Positions 12,801 to 22,690 of a stretch of 64,000 nucleotides of DNA are shown here, in pieces. The translations under genes and the position numbers were made by a program. Source of the stretch: Mobula hypostoma (Eukaryota). The stretch lies in the NCBI RefSeq assembly GCF_963921235.1, contig NC_086109.1, forward strand, positions 38,132,001-38,196,000, in the 5' to 3' direction. The notes under the pieces are model-generated. The model saw nothing but the letters and a program-made list of their open reading frames with translations, was not told the DNA's origin and did not search any database. Every line of letters begins with the position of its first letter. Position 1 is the stretch's first letter.

Positions 12801-14102
12801 TAATGCCAACAGGTGTTTCTGTAAGACTTAGTAGAAAGGTTTTCTTGATGGCCAAGCCTACTCCATGGAGATGTTGTCCACCTGGGGGGAAACCTTTCCA
12901 GAAGAAGGTGTAACCCATCCCTTCCTCTATTAAAGAGCCTTCATCCAGGAGCCTGGTCTCACTCAGGGCAACAATGTCGATGTTGTAGCGCCCCAGCTCA
13001 GCAGCGATCAAGGCTGTTCTCCAGTGAGGTCTGTCAGAGATGCCGTACGAGTCCAGGAGAGTCCTTACATTCCACGTTGCCAGTTTTATGTTGTATTGTT
13101 TCTTATTTCAACTGCAGTAGTGGAATAACCCGATAAGCTCAGTAACCTATCCAGGTGAGTGATTGAGTGGGCAATTTTTAGGCCACCTTTTCTAGGCCCT
13201 TCCCCAATTGGAGTGAGCAGTGCCGTCCCTAAATAGGGCTGCTCAGTCGCACAGGGGTCTGCCGAAAACAGCTGCCACTCAGTCCCAGCTGCTAGCAACC
13301 AAATACCCTGTGCCACTGCCGTGCAGGGTTCTGACTGGGAGCTCCCAGTCCATTGGTACCTGCTCCCGTTGCCAGACCCCCCATCACCGTCAGACTTCAA
13401 CTATATGTAAGGTCCAGGTATTGTTCACCGTGGTCAGAGGTGGAGACCTGCGCAAGGAAGGTTTTAAAGTGCCACAGGGGGTGCGCCATCCCCAGTAGCA
13501 CCATCTTCACCATGATGAGGTAAATCCTGGTGCCAAGGATGATCCCAGGACAACTGGTCCCACATCTTGGCTGCAGCAGGCTGCCGGGTCCTATATTTGT
13601 TAAGGCCCGCCTACTGCGAGCCGCCAGCGCATTGCTTTTCTGTCAGGGTATGCTCCCTTAGCCTTGTCTCAACAGACTTACCACAAGGCAGTGGGGCTAT
13701 TTGCTCATAATTGGGACAGTGGTTAACGGGAACCAGGGCATGTCCACACAGTGGTGGGCCTGCACGCCACGTCTCTGGGGCCCACTGCTGCTCTGAGATC
13801 CCCTGTAGTTTAGCCTGGGACTTAAAGATACCCAGTTTCCGTGTGTGGCCCCTAGGAGGTACTGCAGGAGTCTTGGTGGTGGAGAGGCTCTGTACTGGCA
13901 GGGGGAGGCTTACGCACTTGGCCTCCTCTTTTCACCCCCCATTAAGAAGGCTAGGCAGCGGCAATAGCTGTAAGCAGAGAACACTATGCAGTATACAGCA
14001 TGCAGCATGCACTAACTACAAGCACTACTACACTACTGCACTAGATGCTTCAGACACACCCTGTGAGCAAATATTCCCACCTACACACATACACATACAC
14101 AC
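9841..14102 (-). mobile_element. Near-full-length RTE-clade LINE: long 5' UTR, APE endonuclease and RT, (AAGAG)-like tail; frameshifted and inactive
   Basis: ORF 12574-13011 has IDIVALSETRL. ORF 11795-12721 has LLGDFNARVG, HPRSKHWHMIDF and WTDH. ORF 10170-11534 has QCGFRKNRSTID, FVDLSKAFDTV, GVRQG, LQNADD (YADD mutated) and FKYLGS. Tail tctcttctctcttc at 9842-9855. Confidence 0.92.
13800..14102 (-). ncRNA. HDV-like ribozyme fold in the RTE 5' UTR (mutated; P1 5' strand ambiguous)
   Basis: Minus strand reads CTCCTGCAGT ACC TCCTAGG GGC CACACAC GG AAA CTGGG..CCCAG GCTAA ACTACAGGGG, which parses as P2, P3, L3, P3', P1', P1.1, P4, J4/2, P2'. Confidence 0.65.
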
Positions 14103-15131
14103 TGCCTCATGAAGATGTTCTTGTTGGGGAAGGCTGTGCTCATACTGGAGCTGACTGACCTACAACCCCCTGTAGCCTCTCACGATCTCGTGATTACGTG
14201 AGCATTGGAACCCACCCCCCCAACCCTCCCCATTCCAGGTTGTGGTATTTCCTGGCAATAAGAAACCGAGAAAAAGTTCCTGTCAAAGCCTCATTTGAAT
14301 GACAGTTGTCTGTGTTTTCCTCTGTGGCTCAAATGAAGTAAAAGATGAACTGTGTCTTTTACTTGGAAATACCACAGCCTCCAGGGGTAGGTGTTCCAAG
14401 TTCTCTCAGTAAACAGAAATGTTCACACCTTATACCTAGGATGATTATTTTTATTTCTGTCTTGTCCTGTCCTGCAAATTTCAGAGCATTCAATTAGCGT
14501 TCCATTTCAGATTCACTGTGAAAAATCATTTCACCAACAAAAGGAAAGTAGTCTCAATTTGTGCAGCAATATGTTGGTTAGAACTATCATTAAAAAAAGC
14601 AAATTCATGAAAGACAGAAATAAATTATAATGTGTGATTTTATTCTGGGGGCGGGGGTGGAAGTGGTTGAAGAAGAACATCTACCAAGATTTGTTGCCCC
14701 TGGTTCCATATTTAGGAAAAAAGTGAATATTTCTGATGGTACAAGCTTTCTGCAGGGCAGATTTTCCAGTTGCCAAATGTACTCAGAGCACACATGAAAC
14801 GAAGAGATACCCATTTGCTCTAGCAAAAGCTCCAATGGTTACTTCAGTATAAAGGCTCCTCTTTGTTGGCCAATGTCCAGTATGACGGTAGGTAAGCATT
14901 TAGTAGTCCACCTAGTACACAAAAACGGGTCTTTAGTCCAAAAATAGGGGTGCAGGATTTAGTTAACATCCTTTAGTTAGGTTCTATGTTTGTGTCAAAT
15001 TCACAAAATCCTCAGACATATACTTTTAAAGGGAAACACGAGGAAATCTGCAGATGCTGGAATTTCAAACAACACACATAAAAGTTGCTAGTGAATGCAG
15101 CAGGCCAGGCAGCATCTATAGGAAGAGGTAC

Positions 15132-15167
15132 AGTCGACGTTTCGGACCGAGACCCTTCGTCAGGACT
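15132..15167 (-). ncRNA. Minimal type-I hammerhead ribozyme motif, core intact
   Basis: Minus strand: AGTC CTGACGA A GGG TCTCGG TCC GAAA CGTC GACT. Confidence 0.75.
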
Positions 15168-15442
15168 AACTGAAAGAAGAGCTAGTAAGAGATTTGAAAG
15201 TGGGAGGGGGAGGGGGAGGGGGAAATCCGAAATGATAGGAGAAGACAGGAACGGGAGGGATGGAGCCAAGAGCTGGACAGTTGATTGGCAAAAGGGATAC
15301 AGAGCTGGAGAAGGGGGAGGATCATGGGACAGGAAGCTTAGGGAGAAAGAAAGGGGGAGGGGAGAAACCCAGGGGATGGGCAAGGAGTATAGTGAGAGGG
15401 GCAGAGGGAGAAAAAGGAGAGAGAGAAAAAGAATGTATATAT

Positions 15443-15495
<53 letters not shown>

Positions 15496-16743
15496 CACAT
15501 ATATTAATCTATCTATCTATCTATCTATCTATATATATAAATAATGGGTGGAGTACAAGGGGGAGGTGGGCCTTTAAGAGAAGTCAATGTTCATGCCAAC
15601 AGATTGGAGGCTACCCAGACGGAATATAAGGTGTTGTTCCTCCAACCTGAGTGTGGCTTCATCTTGACAGTAGAGGAGGCCGTGGATAGACATATCAGAA
15701 TGGGAATGGGACGTGGAATTAAAATGTGTGGCCACTGGGAGATCCTGCTTTCTCTGGCGGACAGAGCATAGGTCTTCAGCAAAACGGTCTCCCAGACTGC
15801 GTTAGATCTCGCCAATATATAGAAGGCTGCATCAGGAGCAGCAGATGCAGTATATCACCCCAGAAGACTCACAGGTGAAGTGTCGCCTCACCTGGAAGGA
15901 CTGTCTGGGGACGAATGGACAAGGGAGTCGCGTAGGGAGTGACCCCTGTGGAAAGCAGAGAGGGGGGAGGGAAAGATGTGCTTAGTCGTGGGATCCCGTT
16001 GGAGGTGGTGGAAGTTACGGAGAATAATATGTTGGACCCGGAGGCTGGTGGGGTGGTAGGTGAGGACAAGGGGAACCCTATTTCCAGTGGGGTGGCAGGA
16101 TGAAGGGGTGAAAGCAGATGTGCATGAAATGAGAGGGATGCATTTGAGAGCAGAGTTGATGGTGGAGGAAGGGAAGCCCCTTTCTTTAAAAAAAGGAGGG
16201 CATCTCCTTCGTCCTGGAATGAAAAGCCTCATTCCCACCCCCCATCCATCCCTTCCCACTGATCTCTCTCCCGGCACTTAAGCAGAACAAGTGCTACACA
16301 TGCCCTTACACTTCCTCTCTCACCACCATTCAGGGCCCCAGACAATCCTTCCAGGTGAGGCGACACTTCACCTGTGAGTCGGTTGGGGTGATATACTGCG
16401 TCTGGTGCTCCTGATGTGGCCTTCTATATATTGGGGAGACCCAATGCAGGCTGGGAGACCGATTCACTGAACACCTACGCTCTGTCTGCCAGAGAAAGCA
16501 GGATCTCCCAGTGGCCACACATTTTAATTCCACGTCCCATTCCCATTCTGATATGTCTAGCCACGGCCTCCTCTATTGTAAAGATGAAGCCACACTCAGG
16601 TTGGAGGAACAACAACTTATATTCTGTCTAGGTAGCCTCCAACCTGATGGCATGAACATTGACTTCTCTAACTTCCGTTAATGCCCCACCTCCCCCTCGT
16701 ATCCCATCTGTTACTTATTTTATTTATGTATACACACACACAG

Positions 16744-16798
<55 letters not shown>

Positions 16799-17068
16799 CA
16801 TATATATATATACACACACACATTCTTTTTCTCTCTCTCCTTTTTCTCCCTCTGTCCCTCTCACTATACCCCTTGCCCATCCTCTGGGCTTCCCCCCTCC
16901 CCCTTTCCTTCTCCCTAGGTCTTCCGTCCCATGATCTTCTCATATCCCTTTTGCCAATCAACTGTCCAGATCTTGGCTCCATCCCTCCCCCTCCTGTCTT
17001 CTCCTATCATTTCGGATCTCCCCCTCCCCCTCCCACTTTCAAATCTCTTACTATCTCTTCTTTCAGTT

Positions 17069-17104
17069 AGTCCTGACGAAGGGTCTCGGCCCGAAACATC
17101 GACT
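17069..17104 (+). ncRNA. Minimal type-I hammerhead ribozyme motif (stem III region altered)
   Basis: AGTC CTGACGA A GGG TCTCGG CCC GAAA CATC GACT. Confidence 0.7.
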
Positions 17105-17609
17105 GTACCTCTTCTTAGAGATGTTGCCTGACCTGCTGCGTTCACCAGCAACTTTTATGTGTGTTACTTTTAAAGGGTGCTGTCCAGCAGCTTGATCATG
17201 CGATTTGTCCTTCACCGCTACAAATAATAGACAATGTGAGCAGATTATGGAGTAAATCAGTGCATAATGATGATTTTTTTTTTGGGGCCAGGGCATCCAT
17301 CTTCAACCTCCACAGTCTAGTCATAGCAAAACACTGCTTCATATAGAATGAATAAGCTTGGTCAATATCCCATCCTGTCCCTTCAACCAGGCTCATTTCC
17401 ACCATCAAGCATGAGAACACAGCAAGCATTTCGTGAGGACCATGCTGCATGCCTTCTGAGTCCACTGGCAATAGCGTAGACGACTTTGGGGAAAGCTAGC
17501 CATAGGTAACTGAAAAAAATTGATTGAAGTGAATGACAATGGAATTTATAGTGAAGTCCTATATGGGTCCCCTCTAGGTTACGAATGCCAACTTAAGACA
17601 GTGCATAAT

Positions 17610-17845
17610 ACATGGCAGCATGGCAATTAACTCCACGCTTTACAGTGCCAGTGACCCAGGTTCAATTCCACTGCAGTCAGAAAGGACAATCTCCCCATGA
17701 CCACATGGGTTTCTTCCAGGTGCTCTACCTTCCTCCCACGTTCCAAAGATATACCTAGATTGTTCACCTAGATTTAATTCAATGGTGAGGGTTCATTGGG
17801 CCAGAAAGGCTTGTTACCACACTGCTTCTCTAATTAAAATAAAAC
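17610..17845 (+). mobile_element. tRNA-derived V-SINE (degenerate)
   Basis: B box GGTTCAATTCC followed by a V-domain-like stretch, tctccccatgaccacatgggtttcttccaggtgctc...cctcccacgttccaaaga. Confidence 0.7.
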
Positions 17846-18257
17846 ACAAAATAGTGTTTTGGAGATCCACAGGATGGATGGGGCAGGGTGGGGGGGAAGC
17901 TTGTGGTTTTTCTGGCTGCTGTAAAGGCTGCAGGCATCTTCTGCTGGGTGGGAATGGGACATTCTTGTGTGACTTCTCTCTTCACCCCCTCACATCTCCC
18001 ACCCCTGTCCCAAGAGCAAAGATAGAGTGCTAGATCGAGCCAGGAGAACTCAGCAGATGTCCTTACTCATACACTGAGTCAGTGTGACAACTGGCTGCTC
18101 TTTCTGTACAAGCTCATGCTCCCGTCACAGCTGTTTCTGTGATCTTCACCCACACATTATTGTTGTTCTTTTGTGACTTACAGTTTGCGTTATGAACAGT
18201 TCTCAGGAATGGAATCCTGTCGTAACTTGCGAGCTGCCTGTATAACCTCATATTTAT

Positions 18258-18920
18258 GACCCGTGTTTCCATCCAAGGGGTCAGAGTGGACATGGTGGAG
18301 GATTACAAATACCTGGGGATACGAATCGACAATAAACTGTACTGGTCAAAGAACACTCAGGCTGTCAACAAGAAGGGCCAGAGCCGTCTCTGTTTCCTGA
18401 GGAGACTGAGGTCCTTTAACATCTGCCGGACGATGCTGAGGATGTTCTACGAGTCTGTGATGGCCAGTGCAATTACGCTTGCTGTTGTGTGCTGGGGCAA
18501 CAGGCTGAGAGTAGATCAACAAACTCATTCGTAAGGCCAGGGATGTTGTGGGGATGGAATTGGACTCTCTGACGGTGGTGTCTGAAAAGACGATGCTGTC
18601 CAAGTTGCATGCCATCTTGGACAATGTCTCCCATCCACTACATAATGTACTGGTCAGCCAGAGACTCATTCCACCAAGATGCAACACAGAGCATCATAGG
18701 AAGTCATTCCTGCCTGTGGCCATCAAACTTTACAACTCCTCGCTTGGAGGGTCAGACACTCTGAGCCAATAGGCTGGTCCTGGACTTATTTCCTGGCATA
18801 ATTTACATATTACTATTTAACTATTTATGGTTTTATTATTATTTAATTATTCAGGGTGCAACTGTAATGAAAACCAATTTCCCCCAGGGATCAATAAAAT
18901 ATGACCATGACTATGACTAT
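18258..18920 (+). mobile_element. Rex1/Babar-like LINE 3' fragment with a (ATGACT)n tail
   Basis: ORFs VEDYKYLGIRIDNKL..KKGQSRLCFLRRLRSFN and ILDNVSHPLH..RKSFLPVAIKLYN; tail atgaccatgactatgactat. Confidence 0.85.
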
Positions 18921-20342
18921 AGTAGCCCTTCTCGTGATACCACCAGTCTAGTCAGCAATTGTAAATCAAAGTTGCAAGGAAAAGGAGGTGGAGAAAGGGG
19001 AAGACAAGCAAACACAAACAATATGGAGGAACAGGAAGGCAATATATAAAAGTTTAATTTATGCCTGGACTATCTTGATAAAGGTGAATCACATAGTAAT
19101 AATTGCACTATCAATTATTCTTGTAGGTTAATTCATACATTTCGATTCACCAGCTGATGTTCACTCTTTACTTTTCCATTATCATTGACTATTTTGTTGA
19201 CTTCTTTTGAGAAGAAATGCATCAGAAATTGTACATTCTGATTCATTAAAAACGAACACTGCTTATCAAACTGATCTTACCATCCTTGTGGATGCCTTTA
19301 GTACTTGTGCTTTGTCTATCCTTGCATTCCACACAGTATAATCCATTAGGAGGTGTAAGTGAGCAGATCAGAAGAAAGCCTGGCCTCAACTCCACTATAC
19401 TGAACAAGGATGATCGATTCTTCTTGGCTGACTGAACCAACAGAAACAAAAGCATTGGCTGAGTGGTGGGGGAGGAACTTGAATGTTGTCAGCAGAAGAG
19501 AAGACAGCAGGGTTTGTGATCTAAGAAATCATTTCCATGCTCCAGTTGTGTCTGGAAGACTCCCTCAGTGCCACGATGGCAGCACCCTGAACCTCCATTA
19601 CAGGGATCAGACCACTGAATACTGTTTGTCTCTCAATGGAACATAACCTGTGTTGCAATAGAAGCTAAGGCATCATTCTTTGGACTTCCTCAATATGGAA
19701 GATGAAGGTGACTATTTTACCATGTTAGAAAGGATAAGCTGCACATAAACCCCATGCCAATCTGTTGCTTGGATGCCATTCTTACAATAAATGCAAATTT
19801 CCAGGCAGTTATTACTCAACAACAAGCAGCTTGTTACATGCAGTCTTGCTGCATTCTGGCTCTACAAAATTCACTTTGGACTCCTTTGCAGAAGGAACTG
19901 CCCCTCTTCTGCACCATGCACTAATTCCTTTATCCTATACACATGCTGGCTCTCCCATTACTATTCTGTATCACGCCCTGACTCTTCTGTATTGGCTCCC
20001 AGTGTCTCAACACAAATAGATTTATCCTGAATCCTAGTCCCAAAATCAATGCGATGCCAGTCTCTTAGTTTTTGGCTGTGTTTGTGAGACAACTTAGAAT
20101 GATAGTCCTTTCTCTCTTCTTCCTCTTTCCCCTTTGATTTGGAAGGTGTCATTTGTTGGGAACTTGAAATAAGAGGAAGATACTATTAAAAAAAGAGCTG
20201 CAAGTGCGATTGTCATGAACAGAGTATTCCTGAGTGCAGCATCAAGAACTCCAGGTAAAACTCAACAAGATGAATAATATAAAGAAACAATATACCAGAG
20301 ATTGCCCTGATGAAGGGTCTTGGCCCAAAATATCTACTCTCT

Positions 20343-21073
20343 ATTTTGACATGGTGCTGAGAGATATTGATGAAGGTGGGGCTGTGGATGTTGTCTGCAT
20401 GGATTTCAGTAAGGCATTTGACAAGGTCCCTCATGTGAGGTTAATCCAGAAAAGTAAGACACATGGGGTCCACTGTGAATTTGCTGTTGGATTCAGAGCA
20501 GGCTTATGCATAGAAGACAGAGGCTAGTGGTTGAAGGGATTTGTTCTATCTAGAGCTCTATGATTAGTAGTGTTCTGCAGGAACCTGTGCTGGGACCTCT
20601 GCAGTTTTTGATGAATATAAATGACCTGGATGAAAATGTGGATGGGTGGGTTAGTAAGTTTGCTGATGATATCAAGATTGGTGGAGTTGTGGATAGTGTA
20701 GAAGACTGGCAAAGAATAAAACACGATATAGATAATTTACAGATATGGGCTGAGAAATGGCATGTGGAGCTTAACCCAGATAAATGTGATGTATGCACCT
20801 CAGTAGGGGAAATGCAAAGGTACAGTGCACTGTTAAGGGCAAGATCCTTAATAGAGTTGCAGAGCAGAGAGATCTTGCAATCCAAGTTCATAACTCCTTG
20901 AAAGTAGCTACATAGGTCAATAAGGTGGTTAAGGCAGCTTATGGAATGCTTGCTTTTATTAGTTGAGGCATGGAGTTCAAAGGTATTGCATACTGTCTGG
21001 TCACCCCACTATAGGAAGGATGTTAATACTTTGAAGAGACTGAAGAGGTTTACCAAGATGCTACCTGGTTACA
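20343..21073 (+). mobile_element. Older CR1 RT fragment; continues at 21971-22158 and 27557-27820 after two nested insertions
   Basis: VDVVCMDFSKAFDKVPH and SKFADDIKIGG motifs; the CR1 sequence resumes colinearly after each insertion. Confidence 0.85.
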
Positions 21074-21970
21074 ATGCATGAGGATGCTAAGAGGATGCAG
21101 GGTGACTTGGATAGGTTGGGTGAGTGGGCAAACTCATGGCAGATGCAATTTAATGTGGATAAATGTGAAGTTATCCACTTTGGTGGCAAAAATAGGAAAA
21201 CAGATTGTTATCTGAATGGTGGCCGATTAGGAAAAGGGGAGGTGCAACGAGACCTGGGTGTCATTATACACCAGTCATTGAAAGTGGGCATGCAGGTACA
21301 GCAGGCGGTGAAAAAGGCGAACGGTATGCTGGCATTTATAGCGAGAGGATTCGAGTACAGGAGCAGGGAGGTACTACTGCAGTTGTACAAGGCCTTGGTG
21401 AGACCACACCTGGAGTATTGTGTGCAGTTTTGGTCCCCTAATCTGAGGAAAGACATCTTTGCCATAGAGGGAGTACAAAGAAGGTTCACCAGATTGATTC
21501 CTGGGATGGCAGGTCTTTCATATGAAGAAAGACTGGATGAACTGGGCTTGTACTCGTTGGAATTTAGAAGATTGAGGGGGGATCTGATTGAAACGTATAA
21601 GATCCTAAAGGGATTGGACAGGCTAGATGCAGGAAGATTGTTCCCGATGTTGGGGAGGTCTAGAACGAGGGGTCACAGTTTGAGGATAGAGGGGAAGCCT
21701 TTTAGGACCGAGGTTAGGAAAAACTTCTTCACACAGAGAGTGGTGAATCTGTGGAATTCTCTGCCACAGCAAACTGTTGAGGCCAGTTCATTAGCTATGT
21801 TTAAAAGGAAGTTAGATATGGCCCTTGTGGCTACAGGGGTCAGGGGGTATGGAGGGAAGGCTGGGTTCTGAGTTGGATGATCAGCCATGATCATAATAAA
21901 TGGCGGTGCAGGCTCGAAGGGCCGAATGGCCTACTCCTGCACCTATTTTCTATGTTTCTATGTTTCTATG
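21074..21970 (+). mobile_element. Young 5'-truncated CR1 with an open 265-aa ORF2 C-terminus and a (TATGTTTC)n tail
   Basis: Uninterrupted ORF 21074-21871 (WQMQFNVDKCEVIHFG, LYKALVRPHLEYCVQFWSP); octamer tail at ~21947-21970. Confidence 0.92.
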
Positions 21971-22158
21971 TGATATCATGAGAGGCTGGATAAAAGGGTT
22001 GTTTTCTCTGGAGCAGTGGAAGCTGAGGGCGGGGGGGGGGGGGTTTAATAGGTTTATAAGATAATGAGGCGCATAGATAGAGTGGCCAGGGAGTATGTGT
22101 TTCCCAGGGTTGTAATGTCTAATACCAGAAGGCAAACATTGAAGATGAGAGGGAGTAG

Positions 22159-22690
22159 TGTCAGTACCTCCAGCTGAACTTTGTCTTTTTGTGTGTTTTC
22201 CCCCTAGCCGTCAGTCTGTGGTTTTGTATTGCCATGTGCTCTCATTTGTTTTCATTCCCTCTGTGCTCCTGTCCCTGCTCCTGCTGTACTCTAGCCCCTG
22301 TATTACTAAATAGTCCACCTCTCACCTATTTCTCATTACGTATTACCTATTTCGCTGCCATATCTGTCTCATTATGCTCCACCTATCATCTGCCACTCTA
22401 TTTATTTTACACTGCCTATCAGTGTATTTTAGTCCTGTGTCTTCACCTGCTTGTTGCCAGATTGTGCCAAAGAATTTTCCTGAGCCTTTCCAGCATTTGT
22501 ATCTGTACTCTGTCTGAATATCGACTCTGCCTATTTCCGGATTCTGGTTTTTGGATTTCTCTGGATGTTTTGATCTCTGCCTGAACTTTGACGCCGACTT
22601 TGTTTGCATCTTGGGATTTGTTACTCAATTAATATCACTGTGTGCACAGTACTGGGTCTGCGACTAGATCCCTGCTCCAACACCCTGATA
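22159..22690 (+). repeat. 5' LTR (532 bp; TGTCA...TGATA)
   Basis: Direct repeat of 26931-27556. Confidence 0.9.

Larger units (their letters stand above)
15034..17164. mobile_element. Penelope-like insertion made of two inverted arms (minus 15034-16230, plus 16231-17164) with a 13-bp TSD
   Basis: Contains GIY-YIG-region sequence (gtgatatactgc...ctatatattggggagacc). Each arm has a (CA)n tract and a hammerhead. TACTTTTAAAGGG occurs at 15021-15033 and 17165-17177. Confidence 0.9.

Noticed and set aside
13655..13700. GGCTAAGGGAG on the minus strand, identical to the antigenomic HDV 3' end, as a second ribozyme
   Set aside because: I could not place a matching P2, L3 or P1; it is reported only as a conserved motif.
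14715..14895. AG...GTAAG-bounded exon candidate
   Set aside because: Stop codons in all three frames.
15012..17151. Several ORFs with THTH/CVCV runs
   Set aside because: These are translations of (CA)n microsatellites and purine/pyrimidine tracts in Penelope UTRs.
17630..17680. tRNA-like B box
   Set aside because: Part of a degenerate V-SINE head with no cloverleaf.
19246..19760. Possible minus-strand exon ending at a GTAAG donor (~19280)
   Set aside because: No good acceptor and no recognisable protein; the plus strand looks more like very old LINE coding debris.
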